Shown: one piece after another, positions 1-13,833 of the stretch
Layout of the letters: the number at the start of each line of letters is the position of its first letter
Position numbering within the stretch: the stretch's first letter is position 1
Position numbers and translations under genes: made by a program
DNA from: Eledone cirrhosa
Lineage: Eukaryota
Assembly: GCA_964016885.1 (NCBI GenBank)
Contig: OZ024741.1
Location: 39,618,001-39,682,000 of the forward strand
Direction: 5' to 3'
DNA: 64,000 nt
The notes under the pieces: generated by a model
What the model saw: the letters and a program-made list of their open reading frames with translations, nothing else
What the model was told of the DNA's origin: nothing
Databases searched by the model: none

Positions 1-338
1 CATTATAAACAAACAACATATTCTAAGGATATTGATATGATTCAAAATATATTATATCATAATTTCATGTACTGAGACCCACTAAATTTATTTACCAATA
101 TCATTTACATAACTCCTTCAGTAATTTGTTACGATGATCATTTTCCCTTTATTTATTCGAGGTTCTGTTACTGATGAGTTACTTTGGAGTTTCAACACCT
201 TGTAGATAGTATATGTCCAATAATCCACTCCTGAAATTTAGGCTAAGAATTTATTTTCAAATAATCGACATCTAGATAAGTATATGATACACTCCTGACA
301 CACTGACACACATACACACAATGGTATATATATATATT

Positions 339-403
<65 letters not shown>

Positions 404-435
404 GAAAATGTGTGAGATCCTTGGTACAGTTGGGT

Positions 436-571
436 ATATTTGCAAAAAAGGAAAAGAATGACTTCACTTGTAGGTCTACACAATTACATTTAATTTTATA
501 TTATAATATTATAAAATTAAATCAAATTGTTTAGAATTACAGGGGAAAGTCATTCTTTTCCATTTTTTCAA

Positions 572-575
<4 letters not shown>
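436..575. repeat. Imperfect fold-back palindrome of a dispersed PLE-like terminal fragment (family D)
   Basis: GGAAAAGAATGACTT...TTTAATTTTATA is mirrored by TATAAAATTAAA...AAGTCATTCTTTTCC. Single arms of the same sequence occur at ~12955-13050 and ~31755-31850 (reverse), each abutting (TA)n. Confidence 0.75.
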
Positions 576-607
<32 letters not shown>

Positions 608-813
608 ATATATGCACACACACGCACACACACACACACACATATACACACACAGCACACACACACATATATATATATATATATAAATGGCTTCTACAGG
701 ACAAAAAGTGTTTCAATCGGGAGAAATCAACAGGAAGTATAGAGTACCTTACTTACTGTAGTTACCCCGGATTGAACTCGGGATAGCCATATTTATATAT
801 ATGTGTGTGTATG

Positions 814-845
<32 letters not shown>

Positions 846-915
846 GAATGTTTAAGTATTTAAGTATCTCGATACTTAAACATTCTATTAATGTGGTCCT
901 TATAGTAGAGCACTA

Positions 916-1046
<131 letters not shown>

Positions 1047-1119
1047 AACCAGTATGACCCCGACGGCTGAGTACTTTGGTGCGTTATGGTCCACCTGGTT
1101 GCTTACCACATTTCCTTCG

Positions 1120-1162
<43 letters not shown>

Positions 1163-1265
1163 ATATATATATTAAAGAGTTAAAGAAGATTCAATGAGTA
1201 TATCAAAGAATGAATTTTACAGTAGATTGGAAGTAGATTTAACATCTCAGGGTATGTCATGTATC

Positions 1266-1328
1266 ATTATATTTTGTCTGATGAGGGCGTACTGTTGTAC
1301 ATCCGAAATATGTATAATAAAATGTAAT
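1266..1328 (+). ncRNA. Minimal type I hammerhead ribozyme in a solo ~200 bp PLE-like element (1171-1368) between (TA)n tracts
   Basis: Stem I ATTATATTTTGT/ATAAAATGTAAT (12 bp, 2 GU); CTGATGA 1278-1284; stem II GGGCGTAC-tgtt-GTACATCC; GAAA 1305-1308; short stem III; predicted cleavage after AUA at 1316. Confidence 0.85.
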
Positions 1329-1363
1329 TGATCAAAAGAACATCTATTTTATTAATATTTGTA

Positions 1364-1423
<60 letters not shown>

Positions 1424-1425
<2 letters not shown>

Positions 1426-1600
1426 AAAAAGTATGACACCGATGGCAGAGCTCAAGCTCAAGTCCAGAAAAAGCCGTCGAAACGGCTTGAGCTCTGCCGT
1501 CGGGGTCATACTTTTTCCTGTTACCCACTCTACTACCCTAAGTATTGAGTACTCTGGTGCGTTATTGTCCATCTAGTTCTTTACCACAATTCCTTCGTTA
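1424..1600 (+). mobile_element. Family A PLE-like mini-element with inverted tail
   Basis: CCAGAA..AGCCGTCGAAACGGCTTGAGCTC.GCCGTCGGGGTC...ACCACA.TTCCTTCGTTA, preceded by an inverted partial copy and flanked by (TA)n. A shorter deleted copy lies at 1045-1122. Confidence 0.8.
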
Positions 1601-1978
1601 TATATATATATAGAGAGAGAGAGACAGAGACAGAGAGAGAGAGAGACAGAGAGAGAAAGAGGAGAGAGAAAGAGAAGAGAAAGAGAGAGAGAGAGAGTGA
1701 CAGACAGACATACACACACACATATATATATAGAGATAGATATATAGATATGATTCTTAATAGCGAAATATAGAAGAATAACATAGATATGATTCTTAAT
1801 TTAGATACATACCGACACGCTTATATTACTGGTACTTTATTGTATTAACAACTGAATGTTGAAAGATGAACTCGGCGGGATTTGATATGTAAACTTCGAA
1901 AATTGTATCTAAACATATATATCAGAAATTCTTACGATTCAACTAATACAATCCTTATATATATATAAATATATAAAC

Positions 1979-2021
<43 letters not shown>

Positions 2022-2195
2022 GGTTTGAAGGTTCACCACTGGATAGAACTGGTCATTCCGTATGGTCAATCTTGATGTAATAATATGGAGAGTACTCAAC
2101 GTAAAGCAGCTCAACCGTCTTCGTTTGTGTAGTTGGTGGTGCGAGTACGGAGATAAATATTATAATAAAAGTCCAGCCTCCTGTTATTTTATTAT

Positions 2196-2259
<64 letters not shown>

Positions 2260-2264
2260 TATAT

Positions 2265-2408
<144 letters not shown>

Positions 2409-2655
2409 TATATGTATGTATATATATATAAACATATATATATATATATATATGTACATACATATATATAATTATTTATATAATTTATATATATTATATA
2501 TATAATACATATATATATATATTATATTTATATATATATTATATATATATTATATATATATATGATGTATATATATATAATATATAGATAATACATTTTT
2601 ATTATACATATATTCTATATATGTATATATATAGAATATATATAAATATATATAT

Positions 2656-2693
<38 letters not shown>

Positions 2694-2755
2694 CATATGT
2701 ATATATATATATATATATATGATATATATAAATATATATTTATATATATTTATAC

Positions 2756-2810
<55 letters not shown>

Positions 2811-2882
2811 GTATATATATATAATATATATAAATATATATATGTATGTATGTATATATATATATATATATGCATATATATA

Positions 2883-2977
<95 letters not shown>

Positions 2978-3389
2978 ACTTTATATAAAAGAGAGAGACA
3001 TATATTTTTTTATTTAAATCTACATGTCTGGTGAGCAGATCGATACATATGTAACGTTCGATATGTAGTAGAAACATTTTGGATCACCGTGTTTAACTTG
3101 TCTGGGTTTCTATTTCGTCTAAAAATCATTATGGTACATTCTTTATTGTTCAATACGTGCATGTATGGTACATTCTTTTTGGCGTATTAAGGAATTTTGA
3201 CTCTACACAGATTTTCCACCACTAAATACGAAACATATATGTGTGCAAATAATTCAAATCCATAGTAATTTTCTGATGCTCAACGTGTGGATATATATAT
3301 ATATATATATAATGAAAAATCGAACGGGAACAAAACAGAGGCAGTACAAACAAATGTTTATTAATTTCACGCTCTTGAGAGTTGGGTGG

Positions 3390-3461
<72 letters not shown>

Positions 3462-3462
3462 T

Positions 3463-3540
<78 letters not shown>

Positions 3541-3543
3541 ATA

Positions 3544-3695
<152 letters not shown>

Positions 3696-4287
3696 TGAGA
3701 TATATATATATTTATATATTATATATAATCATATATGTACATAAATACATATGTATATGTATACATACATATATACATGTATATATTTACATATCTAGAT
3801 GGTCGGAGAATTCCATTGCGGTACTTGTTCCGGCCTTAAGTTCAAATACCCACCTTCTTCATACCGGAAAAATAATTGTTTCTACTTTTGGCACAAGGCC
3901 AGCAAATAAACCAGTTCATTACTGGTACTTTATCGGAAGAATAATGACATGATATAAGAGGGGCCGCTAGCATTAAACACATAATAGACCACCTTATAAG
4001 GGACAGAGTGATAGGAGCTACTTTAAGTCTACTAAGGTTGAGCTGTAAATAAAGCGGCATGAACAATTGCCTGAAGAAAAAATACACTAGATTACGAGGA
4101 AATACAAAGATGACAGCGAGATTTGAACTCGTGAATATATAAAGCAGGAATTTTGGCGAGGTTCTAGATATTCTGCTAATCTCTCGCATCTTACAGCCTT
4201 CGACTGGATGAGTATAGCCACGCTGCAACAGCACCAATGTTTTATTTCACCGCAATCATAAGAATTGCATTTCCTCCAAACTAAATC

Positions 4288-4377
<90 letters not shown>

Positions 4378-4383
<6 letters not shown>

Positions 4384-4572
4384 CAACAGATGAAAGTTTA
4401 AGCAAAGAATCACTGCCTTCACCCATTAAGGGGGAAAGCAGCGATTCTTTGCTTAAACTTTAATCTGTTATTTTAATAAATATTTGCTCTAGGATTCTTA
4501 TATATTTGATATATATTTATCCTTATCGAGTCCTCTTTGGATTTTAGTCATCACATTTATTATTATTACTAT
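4378..4572 (+). mobile_element. Family B PLE-like element, fold-back centred on the HHR stem II loop
   Basis: AACAGAT.AAAGTTTAAGCAAAGAATC...CCC-ATTAA-GGG...GATTCTTTGCTTAAACTTTAATCTGTT. Other copies at ~7183-7260, 8770-8900, 9545-9650, 25952-26070, 27480-27638 and 30122-30343, all adjacent to TA-rich microsatellite. Confidence 0.8.
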
Positions 4573-4591
4573 ATATATATTCATACATACA

Positions 4592-4672
<81 letters not shown>

Positions 4673-4765
4673 CAGTCATATGTTGGCAAAGTTCGATTTA
4701 GCAAACTAATAGATGTTACCTTTAAAAACTCGAAATATAAATAATGCAACCATCCCTATTATTAT

Positions 4766-4766
<1 letters not shown>

Positions 4767-4796
<30 letters not shown>

Positions 4797-4827
4797 AAGA
4801 AGAAGAAGAAGAAGAAGAAGAAGAAGA
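4767..4827. repeat. (GAA)n microsatellite
   Basis: About 20 perfect AAG units. Confidence 0.95.
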
Positions 4828-5059
4828 ATGTGCTAATTGCATTGTACATAACTGTTTTGGTAGAATATAAAATGTTTAAGTGAACTGGAATAAATAGAAT
4901 TAATATTGGTGTCTGAGAGCAATGGAATCAATTAATCTATCTATATCTATGTCTCTCCCATTATATAACTACATACACACATCTACATACATACATATTT
5001 ATATATATATACGTGTGTGTGTGTGTGTGTATGTGTGTGTAAATATACATATATATACT

Positions 5060-5252
<193 letters not shown>

Positions 5253-5269
5253 TTATATATATATATATT

Positions 5270-5302
<33 letters not shown>

Positions 5303-5351
5303 ATGTACGTTTATATATGTATATATATATATACATATATATATATAGATA

Positions 5352-5389
<38 letters not shown>

Positions 5390-5403
5390 TAGTCGAGTCT
5401 AGT

Positions 5404-5610
5404 GAAGGCGTGTGGCTGAGTGGTTAGAGTATTGGATTCACAATCGTGAGGTTGTGAGTTCGATTCCTGAACCAGGCGATGCGTTATGTCCTTGAGCAAG
5501 ACACTTTATTTCACGTTGCTCCTTCTACCTATAGATAGTATTAGCAATTGGAAAGACCAACGGAAACATAGTTTCCTCGGTCCGATTTGACGAAAGTCGA
5601 TCGACTAGAA
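5404..5610 (+). mobile_element. tRNA-derived SINE with CORE/V-like body and structured 3' end (family P)
   Basis: A-box TGGCTGAGTGG, B-box GTTCGATTCC, body TGTCCTTGAGCAAGACACTTTATTTCACGTTGCTCC. Reverse copies at 18159-18379 and 53775-53980. Confidence 0.85.
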
Positions 5611-5632
5611 TATATATATATATACATTATAA

Positions 5633-5664
<32 letters not shown>

Positions 5665-6069
5665 TCTTCTTGTGACGCTAAACTCCGCGAGTTGCATACT
5701 ACACCTTAACATGTGATATCTCTCTCAACAAAGTTCGATCACCAGCAGCAGAGTTCAAAGAGCAAAGATGACGTCCAGTCCATATATACAGAGGAAGATA
5801 GAGATAGATAGATAAAGAGATGCATATATATATATATATATATTTATGGAGATAGGTAGATAGATAGTTAGAAAGATAGATTGAATAATAGATAGATTGG
5901 ACTGCTTTTACAAGTCTACAATATTTCTATGGAACCCATACACGCTTCTTTATAATACCATGGTGTTTAAAACGTTCAGATATTAACTGATTGACCATTC
6001 CATATCGAAAGGTTGAGTGTAAATCTAGATTTCTACTTAGTATATCTATATATGTGTTTATGTGTATAT

Positions 6070-6144
6070 ACAGGGTGTCCGCCAAAAATGTATACTCACT
6101 TCAACAGCATTCTAGTGCGTATACATGTGTTTGGCACACGCTGT
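6070..6144. mobile_element. Tc1/mariner-type MITE
   Basis: TA-CAGGGTGT...ACACGCTG-TA terminal inverted repeats. Related copies at 34023-34104 and ~31652-31745. Confidence 0.65.
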
Positions 6145-6149
6145 ATATA

Positions 6150-6203
<54 letters not shown>

Positions 6204-6761
6204 AATTACTTCTAGAAAAACTTTTCATTTGATGATGATTCCATGCGAATATATATAATTTCTAAATAAAAATCATTATTCTTCACTGGCGTATTAGCAT
6301 TCATAGAGTTACGGCCCTTTACTGTCTGAGTGCAAATCCCGCGAAAGCTGACTTTGCATTTCATCCTTATGGGGTCGATAAAATAAATCACCAGTAATTA
6401 TTATATATTATAAATATGTATATATGTAATTATACATGAATATATATATATAAAAAGAAAATTTCGCTCTACATGGCTAAATACAATAAATGTAATCTGA
6501 GATTTTCGAATATTAACAATAACATTCGATTTGTTTGCAATTATGCAAACAAGCCTCAATTTTATAGCCATGTCAGTAGAATAAACACTTCATACTTGGT
6601 CTTATGTTGGCATGCGAACACACGCATATATATATATACTTATATACATATATATAAATTTGTGTGTATGTATATATATGTGTGTATGTGGCCTTGATAA
6701 TTATATATATATATAAATATATATACATATATATATATATAAATATATATAATTGTACGTA

Positions 6762-6839
<78 letters not shown>

Positions 6840-6875
6840 CATATATGTATATATATATATATACATATATATGTG

Positions 6876-6923
<48 letters not shown>

Positions 6924-6925
<2 letters not shown>

Positions 6926-7075
6926 AACCAGTAAGACCCCGACAGCTGAGCTCAAGCCGTTTCGACGGCTAATTCTGTCGGGGTCTTACTGGTTCCTATT
7001 ACCCACTCTACTACCTCAAGTATTGAGTACTTTGGTGCGTTATGGTCCACCTGGTTCCTTACCACATTTCCTTCG

Positions 7076-7078
<3 letters not shown>
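6924..7078 (+). mobile_element. Family A element with inverted tail
   Basis: Near-identical to the 14216-14409 copy, with an internal deletion at the fold-back; embedded in (TA)n. Confidence 0.85.
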
Positions 7079-7141
<63 letters not shown>

Positions 7142-7253
7142 CGTTTTTTGAAATATCCACTTGTGCGTTTACAGATTGACTTTGTTAGTTTCAGAAGATC
7201 CCGTTAAGGTTGGAAGCAGAAATTCTTTGCTTAAAATTTAATCTGTTATTTTA

Positions 7254-7313
<60 letters not shown>

Positions 7314-7647
7314 ATATATATATAATTATTAAGGCCTGTTACCTATTTACTACAAAAGCACCATGCCAGGTACGTACATTTCGTTAACCCTGAGGAGCAA
7401 ATTTCCAACTACTATATTTATATATATTTATATATATTTATATATATGTGTGTGTAAAAATATATATGTATAAACTTATATGTATGGCAGCTGGCAACTG
7501 TTTTCTGTCTATCTACGCTATTATTTATTACTATCGACTGTGGTTATAGTTCTTCTCACAGTTTGGCGTTTTTTTCTTTTCCTGAGATATATATACAATT
7601 TAAACTCGGGATGACTACCTTGAAAATAATGGTATTGTACGTTTACG

Positions 7648-7696
<49 letters not shown>

Positions 7697-7811
7697 ATGT
7701 GTGTGCGTGTGTGTGTAGAGAGAGAATGATAGGTAGATATATATATATATATATATATATTGGTATATGTATATATATATGCATTATTGTATATATGTAT
7801 GGATATGTATG

Positions 7812-7893
<82 letters not shown>

Positions 7894-7941
7894 TATATGT
7901 ATATATGTATGCATTATTGTATATATGTATGGATATGTATG

Positions 7942-8029
<88 letters not shown>

Positions 8030-8041
8030 ATTATTAAGGCT

Positions 8042-8158
8042 GATCTGAGTTCAATTCCCGCCGAAGTTAACTTTGCCTTTCATCCATACGGGGTCGATAA
8101 AATAATGTACCAGAAATACACTGGGTAATTGCTGGGCTTGTGCCAAAAGTAGAAACAG
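8042..8158 (+). mobile_element. 5'-truncated Meta-domain-like SINE with 11-bp target-site duplication
   Basis: CTTTGCCTTTCATCC.TACGGGGTCGATAAAAT..GTACCAG core. TTATTAAGGCT occurs at 8031-8041 and 8159-8169; the empty site is visible at ~28872-28910. Confidence 0.85.
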
Positions 8159-8179
8159 TTATTAAGGCTAATAAATGAG

Positions 8180-8230
8180 TCTTGTTTACTCTGGTGTTTC
8201 GCCTTTTTATCACAGGTTCATCAGATAAGA
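8180..8230 (-). ncRNA. Hammerhead motif, family G (degenerate stem I)
   Basis: Minus strand TCTTAT-CTGATGA-ACCT...AGGC-GAAA-CACCAGAG-TA-AACAAGA. A second copy lies at 18649-18698 (-) and a partial one at 28820-28940. Confidence 0.6.
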
Positions 8231-8338
8231 TGATTCAGTTGTAACAGGCACTTATTAGTCTTAATAATTTTGAATATTAAAATCTACTTTTTTTCTCAGA
8301 CGTCGAGCACGTGCGGTAATATATATTTTTTGATACCC

Positions 8339-8389
8339 AGATTCCTGATGATTTCTAATGAATGAAACAGTTCTAGTCCTGTAGAATCT
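8339..8389 (+). ncRNA. Type I hammerhead ribozyme (family F)
   Basis: AGATTC-CTGATGA-TTTC taat GAAT-GAAA-CAG ttctagtc CTG-TA-GAATCT. The sister copy at 44565-44611 has stem I CTTC/GAAG (compensatory change). A decayed copy lies at ~688-736 (-). Confidence 0.85.
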
Positions 8390-8471
8390 CATCTATATTA
8401 AAACTATTATACTCTGCTATGTATTGAGTACCTTACTTACTGTGGTTACCTCCGATTCAACCCGGAATAAC

Positions 8472-8509
<38 letters not shown>

Positions 8510-8514
8510 TTATA

Positions 8515-8553
<39 letters not shown>

Positions 8554-8974
8554 ATACATATATATAATATGTGTATATATAGAATGTATCTATATATATA
8601 TATAATATGTATATATATAATATATATATATATTAGAAAGTGAGATTTTTTTTTCAAAATGAAAAAAAAACGAGGAAAAAAGATAAAATCGAAAATGCAA
8701 CTGGAGTCTTTTTTGATAAAAATATATATATTTATTTGGTTCCTTTACCGGTTTCGCAGTATATATATATAATAGTAATAATAATAAATCTGAAGACTAA
8801 AATCCAAAGAGGACTCGATAAGGATAAATATATATCAAATATATATTATTAAAATGAAATCACCGATTCTTTGCTTAAACTTTAATCTGTTATTTTAATA
8901 TATATATAGAGAGGTAGATCACTGGAAGGTAATATCCGTAGTGGTAGAACACTCAGTCCATGGGACGTGTTAGG

Positions 8975-9149
8975 TAGTAGTGGTTACAGAACAGTTAGTT
9001 CACTATACCGAAAACAATTGTTTCACCTTAGCGGATCCTCAGCTCGTAATAGACATGGTTATACGCATAACCATGTCCATTACGAGCTGAGGATCCGCTA
9101 AGGTGAAACAATTATTCTCGGTATGGTGAACTAACTGTTGTGTAACCAC

Positions 9150-9153
<4 letters not shown>
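8975..9153. mobile_element. Fold-back pair of PLE-like ends, each arm carrying a hammerhead (9083-9120 +, 9009-9046 -)
   Basis: Arms of ~85 bp around GGTTAT-acgc-ATAACC; CGAG-CTGAGGA-TCC gctaa GGT-GAAA-CAATTR-TT-YTCG. Confidence 0.85.
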
Positions 9154-9234
<81 letters not shown>

Positions 9235-9249
9235 ATATATATTATATAT

Positions 9250-9356
<107 letters not shown>

Positions 9357-9435
9357 ATATTATATATATATATATATTATATATATATATATTATATATA
9401 TATATATATATATATTTATTTATATATATACATAA

Positions 9436-9547
<112 letters not shown>

Positions 9548-9555
9548 CAGATTAC

Positions 9556-9606
9556 AGTTTAAGCAAAGAATCGCCGCTTTCACCCTTAACGGGATCTTCT
9601 GAAACT
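9556..9606 (-). ncRNA. Family B hammerhead with CAGAAGA core variant
   Basis: Minus strand AGTTT-CAGAAGA-TCCC gttaa GGGT-GAAA-GC...GC-TT-AAACT, with a perfect stem I. Confidence 0.7.
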
Positions 9607-9646
9607 AAAGCCCTCTTTGGATTTTAGTCTTCAAATTTATTATTAT

Positions 9647-9740
<94 letters not shown>

Positions 9741-9741
9741 T

Positions 9742-9774
<33 letters not shown>

Positions 9775-9805
9775 TTATATATATATATATTTATATATAT
9801 ATATT

Positions 9806-9837
<32 letters not shown>

Positions 9838-9943
9838 TATAATATGTGTATATATATATAATTAATGTATATATATATATAATATATATATGTGTGTGTG
9901 TGTGTGTGCGTGTGTATGTGTATATACACATATTATATATATG

Positions 9944-10044
<101 letters not shown>

Positions 10045-10045
10045 T

Positions 10046-10079
<34 letters not shown>

Positions 10080-10348
10080 TATATATATATATATATGTAT
10101 ATATATATACATATATATAATATGTGTATATATATATAATTAATGTATATATATATATAATATATATATGTGTGTGTGTGTGTGTGTGCGTGTGTATGTG
10201 TGTATTTGTGTGTGTTTGTATGTGTGTTATTATTATTACCTTTGCTCAAATTCTTTTGTTTCAAGTATGTGCTAAATTGTATTTGGAACAAAAGCACTTT
10301 CATATAAATAAATATAAATATATAAAAAGATACTTTTGTCGAGCAGTC

Positions 10349-10476
10349 TTTCTACCTGTGTACTCTTATAGCAGTTATGAAGTGTCTTCCTTTCTACCTG
10401 TGTCCTCTTATAGCAAGTATGAAGTGCCTTCCTTTCTACCTGTGTACTCTTATAGCAGGTATGAAGTGTCTTCCTC
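10349..10476. repeat. 42-bp minisatellite, 3 copies
   Basis: TCTACCTGTGTACTCTTATAGCAGTTATGAAGTGTCTTCCTT units start at 10351, 10393 and 10435. Confidence 0.9.
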
Positions 10477-10714
10477 GTAATATAGTGACTGTTATGAGTA
10501 GGTACTCGAATTATAATTATATATATAATAATATTATGGAACAAAGAATCACTGTTGCATCATAAACATATCTAATCACATATTACATGTATATATATAT
10601 ATATGCATATATATATATGCATATATATATATATATACATATATGTACATATACATACATTAAAAGTGACCGGTTGCAACATATATATATCTATAACTTT
10701 ATGTATATGTAAAC

Positions 10715-10813
<99 letters not shown>

Positions 10814-11015
10814 TATATAAATATATCTATATATATATATCTATATATACATGCATATATACATATGTATATATATATTATATATATGTATGTATATATA
10901 TATATATATATATATATGGAAAATTATATTTAAATTGTTGTGTTACAACTAGTAAATATTTATAACTGATATAAAAGCACTCAACAAGTATTTGGAGTAT
11001 ATTTACGATATTAAA

Positions 11016-11058
<43 letters not shown>

Positions 11059-11249
11059 CCCGTCTAAACCCATGCTTGCGTGGAAGATAGATGTTAAACG
11101 ATGATGACGATGATATGTATGTGTGTATATATATATATATATATGACGGTTTCAAACTCTGCTAAGAGTACTGCAATCGCTTGTCAGGTTATAGGGTTTG
11201 GTGCAGTTTTAGGCTATGGCCAGCCACACAAACCTGTAACATATCCTGA

Positions 11250-11600
11250 ACAAGCTATCCCTGTGCTTTGAAGGATTTTTTAAGTGATGAAAGGCCTTTA
11301 CTCGACCAATCCCACTGTCTGGGCATCGGAAAGACTACCTTAAAAGGCGAACTGGTCAACCTCATCGGATGCTTCCAAAGCCGCTGGCTTCTTTTTCAGA
11401 ATTTTCCTCTCCTAGAAAGGTGTTGCCACAACAACTGGGGGCCTTTCACTCGCAGGTTAAAAAAAAAAAGGTACTATTTGGATGGCCGTTGACTCTGCTG
11501 AGTTCCTCCGCCCTTTGCCGGGTCCTGTATTTCATCCCGCAGGGTGTCCAAATATCACCCACCTGACCAAATTAGCTTGGTGGGATTGCTGGTTTAGTCG
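11250..11600 (-). mobile_element. Probable RTE-clade LINE 5' UTR fragment
   Basis: GC-richer island. The minus strand contains GGCAAC...CTAGGAGAGGAAAATTCTGA, resembling a motif I recall from RTE 5' UTRs; the same motif is at ~15190-15220. Confidence 0.4.
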
Positions 11601-11621
11601 TGTATATCTATATATGTATAT

Positions 11622-11935
11622 ATAAAGAAGAAATTAAAAGATGGTTAAAAAAGTTCCATATATTTTATGCGCATTTCGAAAACAACATCATCCTGGGTCA
11701 AAAATCGTGATCTCATCAGATAAAATAAGGTAACATATGAGGCCTAAAACACTTGTGAACAAGAAAGTGTCCAGTCTACATCTTCCTTTTTCACAACTGT
11801 TTTTAGGCCTCATATCATGTTACCTTATTTTATCTGATGAAAACACGATTTTTGACCCAGGATGATGTTGTTTCGAAATGCGCATAAAATATATGGAACT
11901 TTTTTAACCATCTTTTAATTTCTTCTTTATATATA
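11622..11935. mobile_element. Long fold-back PLE-like pair with hammerhead motifs (11826-11892 + and its mirror)
   Basis: Arms of ~140 bp; TATTTTAT-CTGATGA-long stem II-GAAA-TGCGCA-TA-AAATA. The stem I register is imperfect. Confidence 0.75.
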
Positions 11936-12025
11936 CTCCAATTCTACCAACTGTTGAGTGCTACTTATCTGATATATGCATAGTTTTATTGTTCTACAAT
12001 ATTACTCACCTCCTACATATATCTG

Positions 12026-12223
<198 letters not shown>

Positions 12224-12225
12224 TA

Positions 12226-12366
<141 letters not shown>

Positions 12367-12407
12367 ACACACACACATTTATAAAGGATGTGGAAACTTT
12401 TCCCTCA

Positions 12408-12534
12408 ATAATTGTTTCTACTTTAGGCACAAGCCCAGCAAATCTCCAGTGCATTACTGGTACTTTATTTTATCGACCCCGTAAGGATGAAAGGCAAAGT
12501 CAACCTCGACGGGATTTGAACTCAGATCGTAAAG
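12408..12534 (-). mobile_element. Meta-domain-like SINE (partial)
   Basis: Reverse complement of the core: ACTGGTACTTTATTTTATCGACCCCGTAAGGATGAAAGGCAAAG. Further partial copies at ~1824-1885, 3873-3935, 6286-6397, 18528-18623, 22645-22720 and 51315-51400. Confidence 0.9.
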
Positions 12535-12544
12535 GGACTTCCCT

Positions 12545-12932
12545 CAATAATGACCACCAGATGATATTGGCATCACCTTGAAAATCCACCCAAGGTTTGG
12601 TCCCTGACCTATCTGCCAACTACAAAAATCGATCTCGTATCTCATAGTTACGATACGACACTACCACTTCACCTCAACAGGCCCTGCTCTCTTGAACATC
12701 ATACCGAAATACAATATTGAAACAGATCCAATAACATTTAAAATTTTCCTTGACAAATTCTTCCAAGAAATCGCGGATAACCCCCTACAACCGATTCTGA
12801 TTCTGAACACAACTCTTTACTGGAATGGTCCAAAGTATCCAGAGCATGACTCGGTCAACCCATAATCTGAAAGAATTCGCCAGCTGGTGCTTTTATGGTA
12901 GACATGACCTGGGTCAAAACTGGTCGAAACCT
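12545..12932 (+). mobile_element. CR1/L2-like LINE 3' fragment
   Basis: Aligns by eye with the 3' half of 16420-17035 (GATG.TGGCATCACCTT...TTCACCTCAA...CCTGGG.CAA.ACTGG.CGAAACCT). Confidence 0.65.
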
Positions 12933-13314
12933 ATAAATCAAAATTATATATATATATTTGAAAAAAAGGAAAAGAATGACTTCACTTTTAGTTCTAAATA
13001 ATTTGATTTAATTTTATAATATTATAATAATATGAGTAGGTACATCTAGTAAGTTCTTTGTTAACTTCGGTGGGAAGAATTTTAAAAACTCCTGGTTAAC
13101 TTTCTTGGAGAACTTTCTCGCATTCGTCGGTGGCGATGGCGACATAGACAGTTCCCCTTACCAATTGTGTGCTGCGGATTGAAACATCTGAGACCTGCAG
13201 CAGACAACTGATGAGGGGAACTATTTATGTCTATGTTTGTGTTTCTTTTACTTTCTAAATACTCGTTATTAATAACAACACAGCACCTCGTCCCTTTTAA
13301 TTTATATATATATG

Positions 13315-13610
13315 TTCATTTATTTAGGTTTGTTGGTTCACCACTGGATAGAACTGGTCATTCCGTATAGACTTGAAGGCGGCCGCCCGGACTATCAACT
13401 GCTAATTCTTGGTCGCCTTCTCTTCTTGGGCATTTCTCTCAGCTGTTCAGTCCCTTGGATTGTGTCTATTATTATATTCCTATGTTGGATAAATTTCGGA
13501 GTACCTGATGATGTCACCGGATTCACACTGAACCCGGTCATTGAAATGTTCATAGTATAATAAGTCTTTAAAGAATTACACCAGTGCAGCCTCCTGACAT
13601 TTTATAATTA
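13315..13610 (+). mobile_element. Family C PLE-like element with hammerhead at 13501-13558
   Basis: GTAC-CTGATGA-stem II ACCGG/CCGGT-GAAA-TGTTCA-TA-GTAT. The sister copy at 35892-35949 (-) has ATAC/GTAT and palindromic TGATCA. A deleted copy lies at ~2018-2195. Confidence 0.8.
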
Positions 13611-13833
13611 TATATATCTATCTATCTATCTCTAAATATATATATATATATGTATATATATAGTCAATTCTATAAGTTTATAATACAACAATAAGGCGTT
13701 CAGATAATTACCTCAAAGGCGATTTATTCTATACCTAGAATATATATGAACATGTGTATTTTTTGCTCCTCATTTTCCCTTTCCCCGTTCCTTCTTCTCA
13801 TCACTATTCTATTTATCTTCTATTTCTAAATAT

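Noticed and set aside
165-245. CTGATGAG...GGAGT/ACTCC-TGAAA as a hammerhead
   Set aside because: Stem II is offset from the core and I found no stem I or stem III pairing.
5404-5475. tRNA gene (also 48600, 54189, 54558)
   Set aside because: A and B boxes are present but there is no acceptor stem, and each continues into a SINE body.
10349-10476. CRISPR-like array
   Set aside because: The 42-bp units are contiguous with no unique spacers, the context is eukaryotic and there are no cas genes.
11480-11600. HDV-like ribozyme at the 5' end of the putative RTE UTR
   Set aside because: Plausible for RTE elements, but I could not assign the nested double pseudoknot by eye.
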